Of a stretch of 64,000 bases of DNA, positions 1 through 13,738 are shown in pieces. The translations under genes and the position numbers were made by a program. The notes beneath the pieces are model-generated. The model searched no databases, was not told where the DNA came from, and was given only the letters and a program-made list of their open reading frames with translations. This DNA is from Guillardia theta CCMP2712 (Eukaryota; Protista; Cryptophyta), in contig NW_005434661.1 of NCBI RefSeq assembly GCF_000315625.1, positions 1 through 64,000 of the forward strand, written 5' to 3'. The stretch's first letter is position 1. Every line of letters starts with the position of its first letter.

Positions 1-475
1 GCTTTACTCTCTTGCACTGAGTCTACGATCAGTCCGATCTCTTCAAATTTCTTCTTCAGCTTTTCTTCATGGTTGACATACACCGAGGAGATGCCCAGGA
101 GAGTCATGGAGATGAAGGAAGTCACCTCGTTGCCTGCTGAGGCGGTGTATGTCTCGACCTTCTCCTTCTTGGCTTCTTCAATCTGCTGCATAAACCACTC
201 TCTGGATGCGTCACTCCATCCAGTCATCGCTTCTTGCAGAAGCTCACGTCGTGCCTGCTGACATGTCGAGCGGATGGCTTCTGCGATAGCGTCGGGGGTG
301 CATCCCTCCACAGCCTTGCAAGCCTGGGCTGTCCTGCTGTTCGGATAACGCTTCGCGAAGCTCTTCACCCTCTCGACGAGATCAGCTTCGAGGACAGAGG
401 CATCCACAAGTCCGCTCTGCGTGTATTGGCATGATCTCCGATACAGCAGGTTGCGAACATTTTCATCATACTGAA
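1..475 (-). CDS. hypothetical protein, partial multi-exon gene running off the window
   Basis: Stop-free minus-strand frame TPDAIAEAIRSTCQQARRELLQEAMTGW...EEKLKKKFEEIGLIVDSVQESK, preceded by GT-AG intron-like segments; no family recognised. Confidence 0.4.
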
Positions 476-574
476 GAACCATACTTAGAAAGCTATTTGA
501 AGTATACAAACCTCTCGCTTGCAGCTTCCTTGGCGCCCTGGCAGCTTCCCCTACACCACGCGTGCAGCCATGGT

Positions 575-688
575 GCCTGAAATAACCGGCGCAGCCTGAA
601 ATAACCGGCGCTGCCTGAAATAACCGGCGCTGCCTGAAATAACCGGCGCTGCCTGAAATAACCGGCGCTGCCTGAAATAACCGGCGCT
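575..688 (+). repeat. 19-bp tandem repeat (GCCTGAAATAACCGGCGCT) x6
   Basis: Six near-perfect copies read directly; degenerate copies recur at ~988-1082. Confidence 0.95.
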
Positions 689-747
689 CCTAAACCCTAA
701 ACCCTAAACCCTAAACCCTAAACCCTAAACCCTAAACCCTAAACCCT
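689..747 (+). repeat. interstitial telomeric repeat (CCCTAAA)n, ~8 units
   Basis: Perfect CCCTAAA (TTTAGGG-type) array; short degenerate copy at ~1088-1110. Confidence 0.95.
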
Positions 748-3371
748 CAGTTAAGTTTGGGGGACAGCAGTCGGCAGGATTGGGTTTGGTTCTCGCTGTC
801 TTTTCTCTTCTCGCCGTTTGGCCTGTGCGACAGTGTCAGGGTCAAGCCTCCTCGACTCTCCTGATTTTCCTCGTACTGATTTTTAACTTAACTTTGAGTA
901 AAGGCCTAGAAAGCTGCGGGCCGGTCTTAATGCTTTACCCGGCCGCTGGCAGGCTTCGAGTACCAAGGCACTGCAGGTACCCGGGGCTGCCTGAAATACC
1001 CGGGGCTGTTTGAAATAACCGGGGCTGCCTGAAAATACTAGGGCCCGGCGGCTGCCACCTGAAATACTGGGCCCGGCGCTGAACCGTCCCTAAACCCTGA
1101 ACCCTAAACCAGGTAAACGGAAACGGTAAATCCTAAACCGTTGAACTTAGACTTACTAAGTTAGAGAAGGACTGTGAGGAGGTATTGGAGCGGGAGAAAC
1201 TTTTATGTCCCTTGCTGAATTTCATTTTTTCTTTCTTCTGCTTCTCAGTCTTGCCATGGACGAGAACAAATCTGTACATGCTCGCACGACTGAAAAGCGC
1301 AAGCGAAATGCGAGGAGTGCAGCCCCTCCCACCACCTTCATCCACTCATTCACAGAGAATAGTCCATCAATCTTACCAGGAAGCCTGTCGCCATATTGCT
1401 CACTCCTCCTGCGCTATGGCCATACCTCTCTCGCAGCTGCAAACCAGTCAACTTTTCAATCTGCTTACTTGCCCCTCTGTTCCCTCCCCTTCCTCCTTTT
1501 CCATCCACCTCCTGTACCTGCGCATAGCTAGCCGCATGGCTAAAGGAATCAAGGGCTCCAACTTCGCTTAGCCACCTCCTGAGATTAACAGTACGGTCAT
1601 ATGGATACATGGATCACCTCCTCCCACCTCTGCTGCTCCTGCTCCTCCTCGTTGTAGTTCTCTACAAAGTAAATCTTATGCTGCCCGTGGTACGAGAAGT
1701 TTGGTAAAGAGCCAAGGAAGCGCTGAATCTTCGCGGCCTGGAAATAACATAAAAAAGCAAAAGAAAGCATGTAGCAGAAACAGAACAAAGACCAAATCAA
1801 AAGAGGCAAAAATCAGAGGTTACCTCGGCTGGAGCTTCCTGCTCACCGAAGATGCTGACAACGTCGCTATGAGTGGCGACAATTGGAACATCCTGCAATT
1901 ACTTCAGTTCAAAGCTCAAAGAAAAGGGCAACACGTCAAAGCCGGCGTCGCGAAACGTTCTTCTCCAGCGATGAAACACAGAAAGTGGAATTTGCTAAAA
2001 GAAAGCGATGTGAGGAACAAGTCAGCGAGATAGGGAACAGAAGAACTAGAGACCCCGACAAGGAAAGAAGAAAGAGGGAAAAGGCGATAGTCGGATGATT
2101 TGACGGAAAGGAGAAACCTGATGCGCATTCACAACTAGCATGACAGACTGACATCTTGGTGCGAACGACTTCCAGCCCTGTTCAATTCTAAAGTGAATCT
2201 TACTCCAGCCTTCACGGTTGCCCCTTCCTTCACCTCATCTACTGCCTCTCTCAAGTTCTCAGGCTCCTCCCCCAGGTGATTACCTGAATTACGTGCATGA
2301 TCCTCCTGTAGTATCCTCGCCTGTGGACTTGTCATCGTCATTGTAGACGGAAACAGTGGCGAGCCTGTCTTTGAAACCCTCATCCTCGGTGTACGTCTGC
2401 AGCTCCGTCATCGTGTTTCGCTTCTACGACCAGCGATAGCTCACCCAGTTAACACCATCGGGGTCCGCCAGCTTTGAGATCGGGACACTCCGAATCACTA
2501 GGAGCATTTCAGGATAGTCTCTCTTCCTCCTCCACCCTCACCATGACCTCCACGGAGCACGATTGTTGCCTTGGGCTCAGAGGAGATTTGACCTCTGCAA
2601 GAGCCAGGCATGTACGTGAACTTCCGATAGCAACGAAATGCCGCAGCACAAGCAAAACTAACACAGGAAGGCACTGATGCAGCGCGATAGGAACTCCAGG
2701 GAGTCGCAGACCCGTCTTGAAGAGAGCAATTAGGATGCAAAAGCTCAGCAAGTGTGAACAGCAACCTTGCTCCAAAGAAAATCGGAAAGAGTTGATAAAT
2801 TCCACCAACGATCGTCTTCCATTCGTATCTGCATGACGTCCTCTCCCTAACAAGCAATTCGGGTTTAGGGTTTAGAGTTACAGTGGAACAAAATACCTTC
2901 ATGACGTTGACAGCGTTTGGCCCTGCGCAAGGCAGAACCTCGTTGACTACCTGTTGGACGTCAGAGCACACGAGAAGAAACGTGAAGTAGGAGGCAATCG
3001 GTATTTGGAATGAGTTGGAACGAGGTAGATGAAAGACAGGCAAGAAGAGCAAAAGGTGGGAGAAAGAATTAAGTGACGGGGAAAGGAGATCCATCCAAAG
3101 ATATTGACTGGGAACGAGCAATGGAGAGGACAGGAGGAGAAGCTGTGTGAAAGGACAAGAAAGAAAACTGCTTGAGTACAAGACAAACATAAGAGCTTAC
3201 CCCCACTCGCTTTCTAAAGTCTAACGACTTAAGTTGACTCTTAACCAAAGTGAACTCAGCGTCAAGTTCACTCTGCAAAACAAGAATCATATTTCATGTC
3301 TCATTGTTGCTTGTCCGATCAGAGCAAACCAAAGCAGATAATCAATTTCACTGACCTTAGTTGGTCGAAAT

Positions 3372-4367
3372 TCATCGTTGAATTTGACCCCGATTGTGTC
3401 TACCACAAAAAACATACTTCTGCGCAGCGAGGAGAGTGATTCCAACATATTTCAAGCCTTCATGCAGACCGTCCGAGCCCTTGGGTAGCAAGCAATGGCA
3501 GCGCATACTTTGAGTAGGAACGAGTCGTAGATCCTTGAGTCGCGTCATCGAGGTAGTCAACCAAGTCGTGCTTACCTGAACCGCTTGGCACTTCATTGAC
3601 AACCCTCACGTAGTCCTCACCATCTGCTTGTGACTGAAGTGAGAGCAAGAGGCGGGGCGAGAGCCAAGAGCTACCACGATCATCCGAGGCAGAGGAGGTG
3701 ACGGGCTGTCTGCTCAATCCCGTCAACAGCAGGTTGATGAATCTTGACTTTGCCACAACCATCACATGCGCTTCATGCAGATAGTCAATGTACCTTTCCA
3801 TGGCCCATAAGCCCGAAGATGCAGATATGGCAGGGTCTGACCAAGAAGCGAATGCTCAGTCAGTCTAGGGGAGCAGAGAGCTGACCTGTCTCGGTCTCTG
3901 AACTTGTGAAGGATGTTTTGAATATCCTAGGAGAGCCAATAAGAAAAAGCTGTCAACTCAAAGCATTACACTTCACCTCACGGATGATAAGCCCGTGCTC
4001 GTAAGCCTCCATGTTCTTGTTTTCTTCCACTTGCCTGCGTCAGCAGCTGATCAAGCAACGAAACGTCGGGAGTGATGGAAGGAAGGAATCACACAGCATG
4101 CGGCCTCACCTAAACAGATGAAACTTGGATGAGAACTCTGCCAGCAAGTTCTCGTGCGCAAACTCATCGTTTGACGAGTCGACTGGCTTATCCGACGAAT
4201 CTACCTGCCACATCGAAATGAAAGGCCTCAGTGTTAGGCATCACATCCAAGATGAGCAGTGAATAAATTTGAGGCATGTCATCAGCGTACAAGCAAGCAC
4301 TGATACCATCTTACCTCACGCGGATCCCTGTCTGTCCTTTCATGCTCCCTTGCATGATCCGGCATGC
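3372..4367 (-). CDS. hypothetical multi-exon protein
   Basis: Exons MPDHAREHERTDRDPRE / ...NDEFAHENLLAEFSSKFHL / MERYIDYLHEAHVMVVAKSRFINLLL... separated by short GT-AG introns; no family recognised; ends approximate. Confidence 0.4.
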
Positions 4368-4752
4368 AGTGCTAGCTAACAGCCACGATCAACTCCGGCG
4401 TTTTGAACTGCGCAGGTTTAGTTTGGTTTTAGAAGGCGAGCAGCCGCATGTGGCAGGCGAGAAGAATCAGCAAGCAAGTGTAGCAGACAACCTTTGTTGA
4501 GATGACATGTTTGCTTGACAGACAGCTAGAGCAATCGACTCTCAATCAACATGTTTGCTTGACAGACAGCTAGAGCAATCAACTCTCAATCACATGCCTA
4601 CAAACTCAAACTAAAATCAGGTGCAATTCAGAAAAATATACAGCAGGTCGTTAAAAATCCGGCGAAGGACTTATTTGAACGGTTGCTATGAAGTACTAGG
4701 AAGCAGAAAATTAGCATACGTGTGTAGGCATCTTTTATTCAACCCCAGATCT

Positions 4753-7700
4753 ATGAAGTGTGTAATGTCTCGAGTAGCATGCTTTGTTACATTTTTCCTA
4801 CTTGGATCGCTCGTGCACAACTGTGATGGACTTCGTAAAAGATCATTCAATGTCTACCCCTCTATGCGGCTGCAAAGCTTGGCCTCAAGAAGAACTTCTC
4901 TGCTTTCCCTCCGAGGCGGTGACGACTGCATGGAGCTTGACAGTGTCTCAATGACTGGACCTAATGCAACCAACGCGAGCAGCCCTCCGACAGTCATCGA
5001 CATTTTTGTGAAGTGGAAGCTAGAGACGTTGGAGCTCTCTGTAAATCTCGACTATCCCGTGGATGTCTTGAAGTCTCAGCTGTACACGATGACCAACGTC
5101 AAACCTGATGCTCAGCATCTTCTGGGAGTTTACACGCCAGGAGCAGGTGCCGACCTGAAGGACCTTGACCTCAAACCAGGACAGACCCTCATCATGTACG
5201 GCGAACCCAGCAGAGTGAAAGAAGAAGATGACTTAGATGTGGAGATGGGTGCTGAAAAAAGAATCCCTGCAAATACCTACAAATCATTCATTCACAAGAC
5301 TGCGCTGGGCGATCCGCTAGCAGAAATGATCGACAAGATGTCAATAGAGGAGATCATGGGAGACGGGAAGGATGCTCGCACTGATGTGAAAATGACGACT
5401 CTAGAGCAAAATGAGATCTCTGTTGCCATGAAAGATGCCTTTACCTCTCAAATATCTGTCCCTCACGAGACGCCGCTGACATTGCCTAAGGAATTATGGT
5501 CAAAAAGGCTACAGGATTTCACTGATGAAGATAGAGTTTTGCTGCGAAACTGGATGAACCTTACAAGAAACTGGCGAATAGCCACGAAGGAGTATGCAGC
5601 TAGAGCTGAAGAGATGAAGAGGAATGTGACAAAACAACAGCAAGAAGAAGAGGCTGAGAAAAGGCTAAACGAAATCGAAAATGAAATCGAAGAAGAATGT
5701 CAAGCCGTTGGTCTTTCGTACAGGAAAGCACAAGAACTTGTTGAAGAAGGCACGAGAGTCATTGTAGAAACAGACTTCTTGACCAACGATGAGACATTTC
5801 AAAAATACAAACACTTGATGGATCCTCCAGGGCTAAATTTGACGACGCTCCATTCTTCAAAAATTTTACAGATAATTACAGGAAATATGCCATTCGTGCA
5901 TGGGCGGCAAGTGCAAGAGAAGCGGTTCTTGATTCAATCGAGCAGGCTAAGATTGATAAGGAACGAAATGCTCAAGTTGCACGAGAATATGAGGAGAATA
6001 AAGGTCAATCGTATGCTTGTTTTTGTTGCTGAAATAATCTTGAGTGGCAGGAAAGGAGGTCGAATTTGACGAAGATGACGACTCAGCTGAAGATGATTAT
6101 TTAGATGATGAAGTTCCATCTGAGCAGAGATTGTTGTATGAGATGTGTGCATGGGGATGGAAGATGAGCGCTCGCACGCCGATCGGTTTAGAAAACTTGG
6201 GCAACACATGCTACATGGCGTCTGCTTTGCAGATGTTTCGCTGTGTCCCCGAGCTGCTCAAGGCAATTTGCAATTTTGAGCCTATGCAGGAGTCTCGATC
6301 GCATGCGCTGTCGCAGAATTTGATAGAAGCGATGAAGTTGTTGTTCATGGAGCTCACAGAACGCAAGGAATCAGTCTCGCCTCTCACTATGGTGCACCAC
6401 CTACGCAATTATGCTCCACAATTTGCAGAGGTCGGCATGATGGGCCCTGCTCAACAGGATGCAGAAGAATGTCTGTCAACCATGTTACAGGTAATCACAT
6501 TGTGAACACGTCCGTGTGTAAACTTTCGTTCACCGTATGCAGGCATTGATTGGTCAATTCCCGGGCAAGAAAAACAAGTGCCTAATCCGTGAGCTGTTTC
6601 AAATAGGATTGAAAAAAAAGATTCAGAATTCGGATCCAAATATCCCTGAAGAATCAGTCATTGTAAGACAAGACATGTCCACAATTAGCACTGATCGATT
6701 GTTTGGGACATCAATCAGAAGGAAACAACCATGCGGTTGCCTCTTATCATTGACGCAAAGACTAACACAATTCACGATAGCATACAAAAGGTTTGTGAGC
6801 ATCGAAAACTTTCTCGCTGAGTTTTCCTGGCAGACATTTAGTTACGAGATCCAGAAGCATTCAACGGCAACAGGGTAAGCCTTGAAGAATGGCTACAGAG
6901 CTCAGCATGACCTTGCTTCAGAGTTGATGCCACATACAATGTGTCTACTGAGGTGACAGCCTTCATGGTTGGTTGAAATTTTATGATATTTGTATTTATA
7001 CAGATCACTGAACTCCCCCCTTACCTGTTTGTGCACTTCGTTCGATTCTTCTGGAGAAATGTGAAGTATCGAAGAGACTGCTGCCTGTGATGTAATCTTC
7101 TTCTTTCTAGGATACCCAAAAGAAGGCTAAGATATGCCGTGACGTGCACTTTCCTGTTGTAAGACGCCTCCATATTGCACGATTCTTTTGCTTGACCTCA
7201 GAAATCATTTCTCCTAGATTCTCGATCTGTTGCCATACTGCAGCCCAGAGTTGAAAAATCCGATTGCTCGCAGCCTAGCCGAGCAGAAAGCTTCATACCT
7301 CCAGTCACATCCTGTAGGGCCACCAAATGGTGGTGTGGGGATTGGGCTGACAGAAGAATTTTCAGATCTGGGGAGACGGGGAAGTTGACGAGAATGAACG
7401 CAAGTGAGAGGAAAATTGCCCTTGATCTCCTGTACATTCAAACAGCCGCTCAGGTGGGCCGAGCTCGAGCAAGAAGAAATTCAGAATGAAATAGCAGAGG
7501 CAGAGCGTCTCAAGGTAACTGTTCCATTCCCGGGATCAACTTGAACGTGATTTTTTAGTCTGCCCTCGCTTCTGGTCGAAGCCTGAACGAGCAGGTCCAT
7601 TGATGCTGAACTCTATGAGACAAATCTTGATACGTGACTTTCAAAGAATGAAGAGGATGACGATCAGTTTGGCTACGGAGACGAAATGTGATTCAAAGAA

Positions 7701-8274
7701 CCTGGTTTGATTTATCTTGCTCACCGGCTGTGAGAAGGGAGGATGAAATTCCAGCAAATTCTACATCCGCGAACACCAACACCAACAACAAGACATCTTC
7801 ACAAGGCGACAGGCTCGAAGGCTGTTCCTCGTAAGACAACAACTTGAGAAATGAAATGGCAAGTTGAGGCTGATCCATCAGGCGACCTCTTTCTTCCATC
7901 TACGAGCTCCGTGCAGTGCTCACTCATCAAGGTCGATTTGCGGACGCTGGTCACTACATCGCTTGGATCAAGACAGGTCGGCGCATGACCTGATCCTCTG
8001 ATAGAACCAGTCACTTGTTTGGTTGATGCAGGCATCATGGAAAGAGCTTCTCCCAGAAGCGCACTGCAGCCCATGTGGCTCAAGTTTGACGATGAGAAGG
8101 TAATGGTACAAGACCCTGTCCCCGCTGATCAGCTGCCAACAGATCTCATTGCATCCTGAAGAAGAAGTGAAGAAGACTTCAGGAGGGTCAGAGGGGCCCA
8201 TTGCATACTTGTGTTTGTATGGGAGGTCAAGAGCACTCGCCGAGGGGTTAAACTTCGACGATCAGATACGTTGA
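4753..8274 (+). CDS. UBP6: ubiquitin carboxyl-terminal hydrolase, USP14/Ubp6 family, with N-terminal bipartite-like leader
   Basis: UBL domain (VKWK...VDVLKSQLYTMTNVKPDAQHLL), Cys box GLENLGNTCYMASALQ, QQDAEEC, His box YELRAVLTHQGRFADAGHYIAWIK, WLKFDDEKV; multi-exon. Confidence 0.85.
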
Positions 8275-8335
8275 GCTGGAATTCAACGAGGCTCACGGAA
8301 AAAATGTGAAAGAAAGAATATTTATTGAATTATTC

Positions 8336-9166
8336 TCAATCGGTGAATAACACAACATCTTCCAGTTTCAGATTCCACTCAACAAAACGAGCGTCGTGGT
8401 CATATGAAGCTCCATTAGATCGAAGAATTTGCATCCATTCATTCCTCTCCTGCTGTGTGCAAAATTTCCATGTAGAATTCTTGTTTGTTAGCTTTGAGCA
8501 TAGTCGTAAGGATTGTGAGTTATCCCTTTCTTTGGCCACCCTTATATCTCCAGGGTGAAGAAAAGTAAATTGCCGCTGATGATTGCGGTGCACTTGGATC
8601 AGAACTCTGCCATCTGCCAACAATTGGCAGGAGGCTGATGACGGGGGCTTTCCGGATTCAGCATACTGGAAGTGACATCTGCGCTGGGCAGTTACATCGG
8701 TCTTGGTGTCATTTCTCAATGGAACAGCTTTGACTGCAGAAGATGGTATCGCAGGCGCCTTGGCATTCTCGCCAAATGCAGATAAAACGTTCTTCGACTT
8801 GATGCTGTCTGCACGCGAGGAGGTGCAGGATGTTCCACGACGATTTTCCTTATTGTGCTCCATTCTTATCTTCCTTCGTAGAGTCAAACTGAGTTTTGTG
8901 TGCGACATAGAACTCGCTAGGATATTCTGCTGCCGCATGTCCATGATCGAAGAGAAGGTAGTTTTGCTGATATCCTTCCTGTCAGCAGGGCATGGTGGAA
9001 GCAGGCCGGTATGGATGATTTCATTCCATTGCTTTTCATGCATGATGATCAAGGCGGAGGTTGAAGTCTGAGGGGAACTCAGAGCGAGACAGCAGGGAGG
9101 AGAGGTGGTGGGGGAAGACTGTGGGACTTGCTCGAGGAGGAGATGACTCGACGACGACTGACGCAC
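8336..9166 (-). CDS. hypothetical protein
   Basis: 276-aa ORF convergent with UBP6; true start uncertain. Confidence 0.45.
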   Translation of the reverse strand: MRQSSSSHLLLEQVPQSSPTTSPPCCLALSSPQTSTSALIIMHEKQWNEIIHTGLLPPCPADRKDISKTTFSSIMDMRQQNILASSMSHTKLSLTLRRKIRMEHNKENRRGTSCTSSRADSIKSKNVLSAFGENAKAPAIPSSAVKAVPLRNDTKTDVTAQRRCHFQYAESGKPPSSASCQLLADGRVLIQVHRNHQRQFTFLHPGDIRVAKERDNSQSLRLCSKLTNKNSTWKFCTQQERNEWMQILRSNGASYDHDARFVEWNLKLEDVVLFTD

Positions 9167-9812
9167 GAAGCGCTCTCGTTGTGTAATAGAAGCTAGAGCA
9201 GAGTTTGACTACAAGAGTTTGACTGGGATCTTGCAACGACACATCATAATGGTGGGTATGTTCCGGTGGGTGAGGTCAAGTACCGGTACAATATCCTCAC
9301 CTTGTCTGTCATAGGCATGGGTACTGAACAGACCAACGTTAGTTAGAGGGGTGATGGACACAAAGGGGTGGGTCCCGGATGCTCCAGGCACGTTGCCTTT
9401 TATAGTGAGGTACAAAGTATAACCCCACTTTATTGTAGTAAATGGAGGGGTACTTGACGGGGTACAGATCTATCCGTGGCCCCTGCACGTCGGGCAATCC
9501 TGGTGCCAGTCAAACGTGCCACCCATCCCCCACGTGTTTGTACCACAGAAGAATCAGTTGATATGGGCTTCAGACTGAACTACTGCAGGCAGTCGGACTC
9601 CGAGAGTCGAAATCGCCTCTTTTGGCTACCTCAACGACGGGCTAGAGTTGGGGGCCACTGGGCTTGTGTCACGGACGTCAGCACACCCGCCTCAGAGTCA
9701 GGCTTGATGGTGACCCGGAGTCGGACTCCCCCACCGTCACTGGTGACCGGGCCCATGGGGTTACGTCCAAGTTTAGATTATTTAAATCTAAACCCAGCAG
9801 ATTTTCTGCACT

Positions 9813-11043
9813 ATGGTGCCTGCATTGCTAAGCTTGTGCTGCTTCCTATCGCCTTCTCCCTTGCATGTTCGCAGAAGCTCTCCAGCTCAATATGACTCCT
9901 TTCTATCCCTCCGATCGTCGCGCCCCTGCTTTTCGCTCTCACCTGACTGCCTTCCAAGAACTTCGTTTATAAGTAGATATCGGGGGCTACGAACCCAAGG
10001 CAATGTAGCTTGTCAGGCGAAAGATGACGATCGGTTTGATGCATGGTTTGAGAGATCTGAGAAGAAAATGGAGCAAATAGAGGTATTTTCTGTCTTTCTG
10101 TCTTCTCCCGCCTCCTCTTCCCACGGAAACACATGAAACCTAATTTCGTGGGTGAAGAGAGCATCGATCGCGGCCCCAGACTTTCTTTCGTCTCGATCTT
10201 TGAGCACATGGAGCTGCTGCTTGTGGAAAGTCGCGTACCTGTTCTCAGAAAATCTACAACAAGAACGGGTGATTGCTCCAGACCTGGCATTCGTGGCTAA
10301 TCGAACCTTCGGTCAATCCAGTGAAATTATCCAGCCAAGCACCTTAAGTCTGAAGATTCCGATCTCAAGTCACTTTCTTATATGAGATGGTAGGAGGCAG
10401 TAGCGTTGCACTTCTCTTCGCTTCGTCGTGGTGCCCTGCGTATGACAAGAGAGCTCCAATGCTACACTCACCCACTCTGATCTGCAGATGCATACAGTTC
10501 CTGCCCTTGTTGCAGGCGTTTTTTTCAGCGCAAGTATGCAACTTATTGGCTGAATGCAATGCTAACTTAGTTGTAAATCAATATTTTATAGAACTCTGGA
10601 GAGCACAGCAAAGCTAAGGTGCATTTTTCTATGTAGATTGCGTCTAAACTGCGCGCAAGATATCCATCATTTTTGTGAGCTCGGATTTCTCAGAGGAGGA
10701 CGCAACCACCTTTTTCAAGTTTCAAGTTCATTTTGTTCTTTGTTCATTCTCAAACTTTGTCAGAAATGCTCACGGCGATTGGCTGATGCTTGACTACAAA
10801 AGCGCTCTTCGTTCCGAGCTGAAGCGAAAGTTCGGGTGCGTGCTTTTCAAGGAACTTTTCGGCCGGCTGATGATGGCATGCTGTAGAGTGTGGGCAGGAA
10901 AAGAGGCCTCGCAGTTTGGCACTTCCATAGCATCGTTCAAGTCGAGGAGAAGTGGAATCCCCGCGCTTGCAATTGTCGGATTAGACGGAGAGCTTGTCAA
11001 CTTCTTGAACGCTGAGCTGGAAGGTTTCGAGGCTTTGATGTAA
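9813..11043 (+). CDS. nucleoredoxin/tryparedoxin-like thioredoxin-fold protein with N-terminal targeting leader
   Basis: VALLFASSWCP|AC (CxxC split by an intron), IIFVSSD, HGDWLML, RRSGIPALAIVGLDGELV. Confidence 0.75.
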
Positions 11044-11376
11044 GTTTTCTGTGCAATCTGCTTGGATCTCATACTACAACAGACACTGGAATCCTGAATA
11101 CTATGTCTGGCAGCAACTGAAACATTAAAACGAGGTACGGGGGCTTCGAACTCACTTGTCTTTTACTAATTACAGCAATAGTAGACAGTATGCTCCGATG
11201 CCTCGGTCGATACATTCATGATCGGATCATCTCGTAGCGAAATTTTCAGAACTTTGAATCGGGTTGCTCGAATTCGTCGTAAGACAAAGAGCTGAATTTC
11301 TCAGCACTTTGACCATCACTATCAACACGTTTCCTGGTTCCTGGTGATCATTGCGAGGCAAAAAGAGAGACGATAC

Positions 11377-12788
11377 TTACTCTCTTAACGTCGTGGTGCT
11401 GGCCATTCTTCCATCCTTGTTGTACATACGAATCGTGCGTACAAGCTCCTGTTCGCCTCTCAGAATTAGCAGGAATTACCATGGTAAATAACCTTGTCAT
11501 TGAAGAAGCAACCAAACTCAGCGCTGAAGCTTTGAACGCCTGGCAACTTGTCTCCATTCTGCACATCATCAAAATGCAACGCAAGTACAGAACAATAGAG
11601 ATACTTTGTCTGATTCTGTGGAGAATGCTGCTTCAAGTGCCTTCTTTACCGCTTCCACTGGATCCCCCTTGGAGCCTCCTGATTGATCGGGTTCTGCTTT
11701 TTCAACTTTGTCGAGGCTGACCTTGTCCAACTTCTCTGGCAAACACACCCAGCATCCACTTGGAAGCATGAAAAGCTTGCAACCATCGTCCATGATGATC
11801 GAATCTTCAACTGGACTGTTGACATCACTCCAAGAGATCTTTCTTGCAACTCTGTTGCGCTCGTCCAAAACTTGCATTTCCCTGCGAAATTTCTGGGTAC
11901 CATCCCATTGATTCCCACTTCGTGCTGCAAACGTCATCTTTCCTCCTCCTAATCTTGCCACTCCCCTGAAATTTTTGCATCATTCAATGGCGTAAAAGCA
12001 GCTATTCATTTCACCTTCCAAATGCTTCTCCTCGATATTCCCCCAAAAGTGAAAGGAACGTCATAGGGGGACGAGTGGGCTGCACATTGTCTTCAAAGTA
12101 TTTGATCCCTATGAGCCTGTTTGCACCTGTCCAAAGGGTTTGATCAAATCAAAATTACACTCAAGAAAAGATTACCAACGCTCACAAATCTCTTCTCTTC
12201 ATATAAAATAATCCTGCTGAGCTTTGATTCAAAGTCATAAAGTGCTAGACATCGGATCCTTTCTTCTTCCGACAGCGCAACAGACATTTCGATGCAGAAC
12301 CTGGCAGTTCCTGGGACATCAGGAACCGACACCAAGGAGCTGTCGTAAGAATAGGAGCCATCTTCGGCACAGTGAAATTCATCGTTGACAGTTATCACAG
12401 ACTCAGAAAGGCGGGGAGAAGTCTCGTTGCCAACCACAAGTCTTTGCTTTGCCGACTGCTGACCTTCTTCTAGTTGAACCACGTCGATGGAGTGCTCAGT
12501 GACGAAGGGTGGAACATAGTCTCCAGTTTGTGGCGAGATATGCAGCGCCCTGCCCATCCAACGGCCGAGGTTGTAGTTCTTGAAGGCTTCCCACTCAGAC
12601 TGGAATGGGAGTCGCTCCTCAGATTCCCTCCATTGCATTCGCGGAGAACAGAAACCATTGCGCTGCGCCCGAGGGCTCCCGATGCGCTTCAAGGTCGACA
12701 AGCCATGCCTTCCGGCCAATTTCAAGGGACTCACGCAAAAGCATGATGCACCGCCAAGTGCACAACTCAGCAGGAGAAACAATTTCAT
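11377..12788 (-). CDS. DUF3598-like plastid-targeted protein
   Basis: Signal peptide ending ASC-F; EWEAFKNYNLGRWMG; C-terminal FSAEFGCFF...LVRTIRMYNKDGRMASTT resembles cyanobacterial/plant DUF3598. Confidence 0.65.
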
Positions 12789-13738
12789 AGAATGAAAGTC
12801 GCCACCTGCATCATGCCTCGTGAGTTACGACCCTCTTCCATGTATGTCTTGTTTCCTGTCCCTCCTTGGCTCCCCCTCCCTCCTTCTCTCCCTCTCTCCC
12901 TCCAAATCTTTCCTCACCTAAGCACTGAATCAACTCACCGATCTTATTGTTTTGATCACTAGGCTTTTGTGCTCGTCCGAATTCTCATAGCTTCTCTGTC
13001 TCTACTTCTTCGTGCTTTCGTCCCACCTCTATTACATTATCCTCCTTCCTGAATTTCCTTCATCTCGATCTGAAAGTGCAAGTAGACATGAACTAAATCT
13101 TGATGTTTGATATCTGACTTGCGTTCGTGCATCTTCTTTCTCTCAATCTGTTTCTCTACGGACAGCTGCTTCTTCCATTGCTGTTTAGCTGCTCTCCCCG
13201 CATTGTCGAGAATCCTCAATACAACCCACCCTTCAACACTTGTGATAACCCCACCCCGTCTAATTACCAGCCGCTGCTACAAATCAGAAGCTAAATTGGA
13301 CACCAGTACCCCCTCATTTGTGGAAGTCGTAATTGTTGCACCCTACTATTATGACCTACCCCTGCTGTTTAACCCCACCTTCTTAAATGCTGGAAAAGCA
13401 CCGGGTAGATCTATTGAGGATCTTAACACCCCACCTACTGTATTACCTAATGCCTCATAGGACCCCGAGATGCTCCATTGCAACAAGACTGGATCTTGTG
13501 AAACCTGCTGCACCCCCTCGTTCATCTTTACCCTCCAATAAGTCTGATAATGGTGGGTAGGGGGTACTCGGTCAAAGCACCGGGTCCTTTGTCGGTGAGA
13601 ACAAGGGGAGAAATCAACAGCTGCGATCGCGATTGACCACCCGGGCATTGACGGATCGAAATGCAGGTGGGGGTACATGTAACTACCCATATATTGAAAA
13701 GACATTTGGGTGGTAGGGGTGGTCTTTCACTCTCGAGG

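Noticed and set aside
1185-3290. Overlapping short ORFs
   Set aside because: No consistent gene model or family could be supported by eye
4505-4593. ~44-bp tandem duplication upstream of UBP6
   Set aside because: Two-copy local duplication with no further structure
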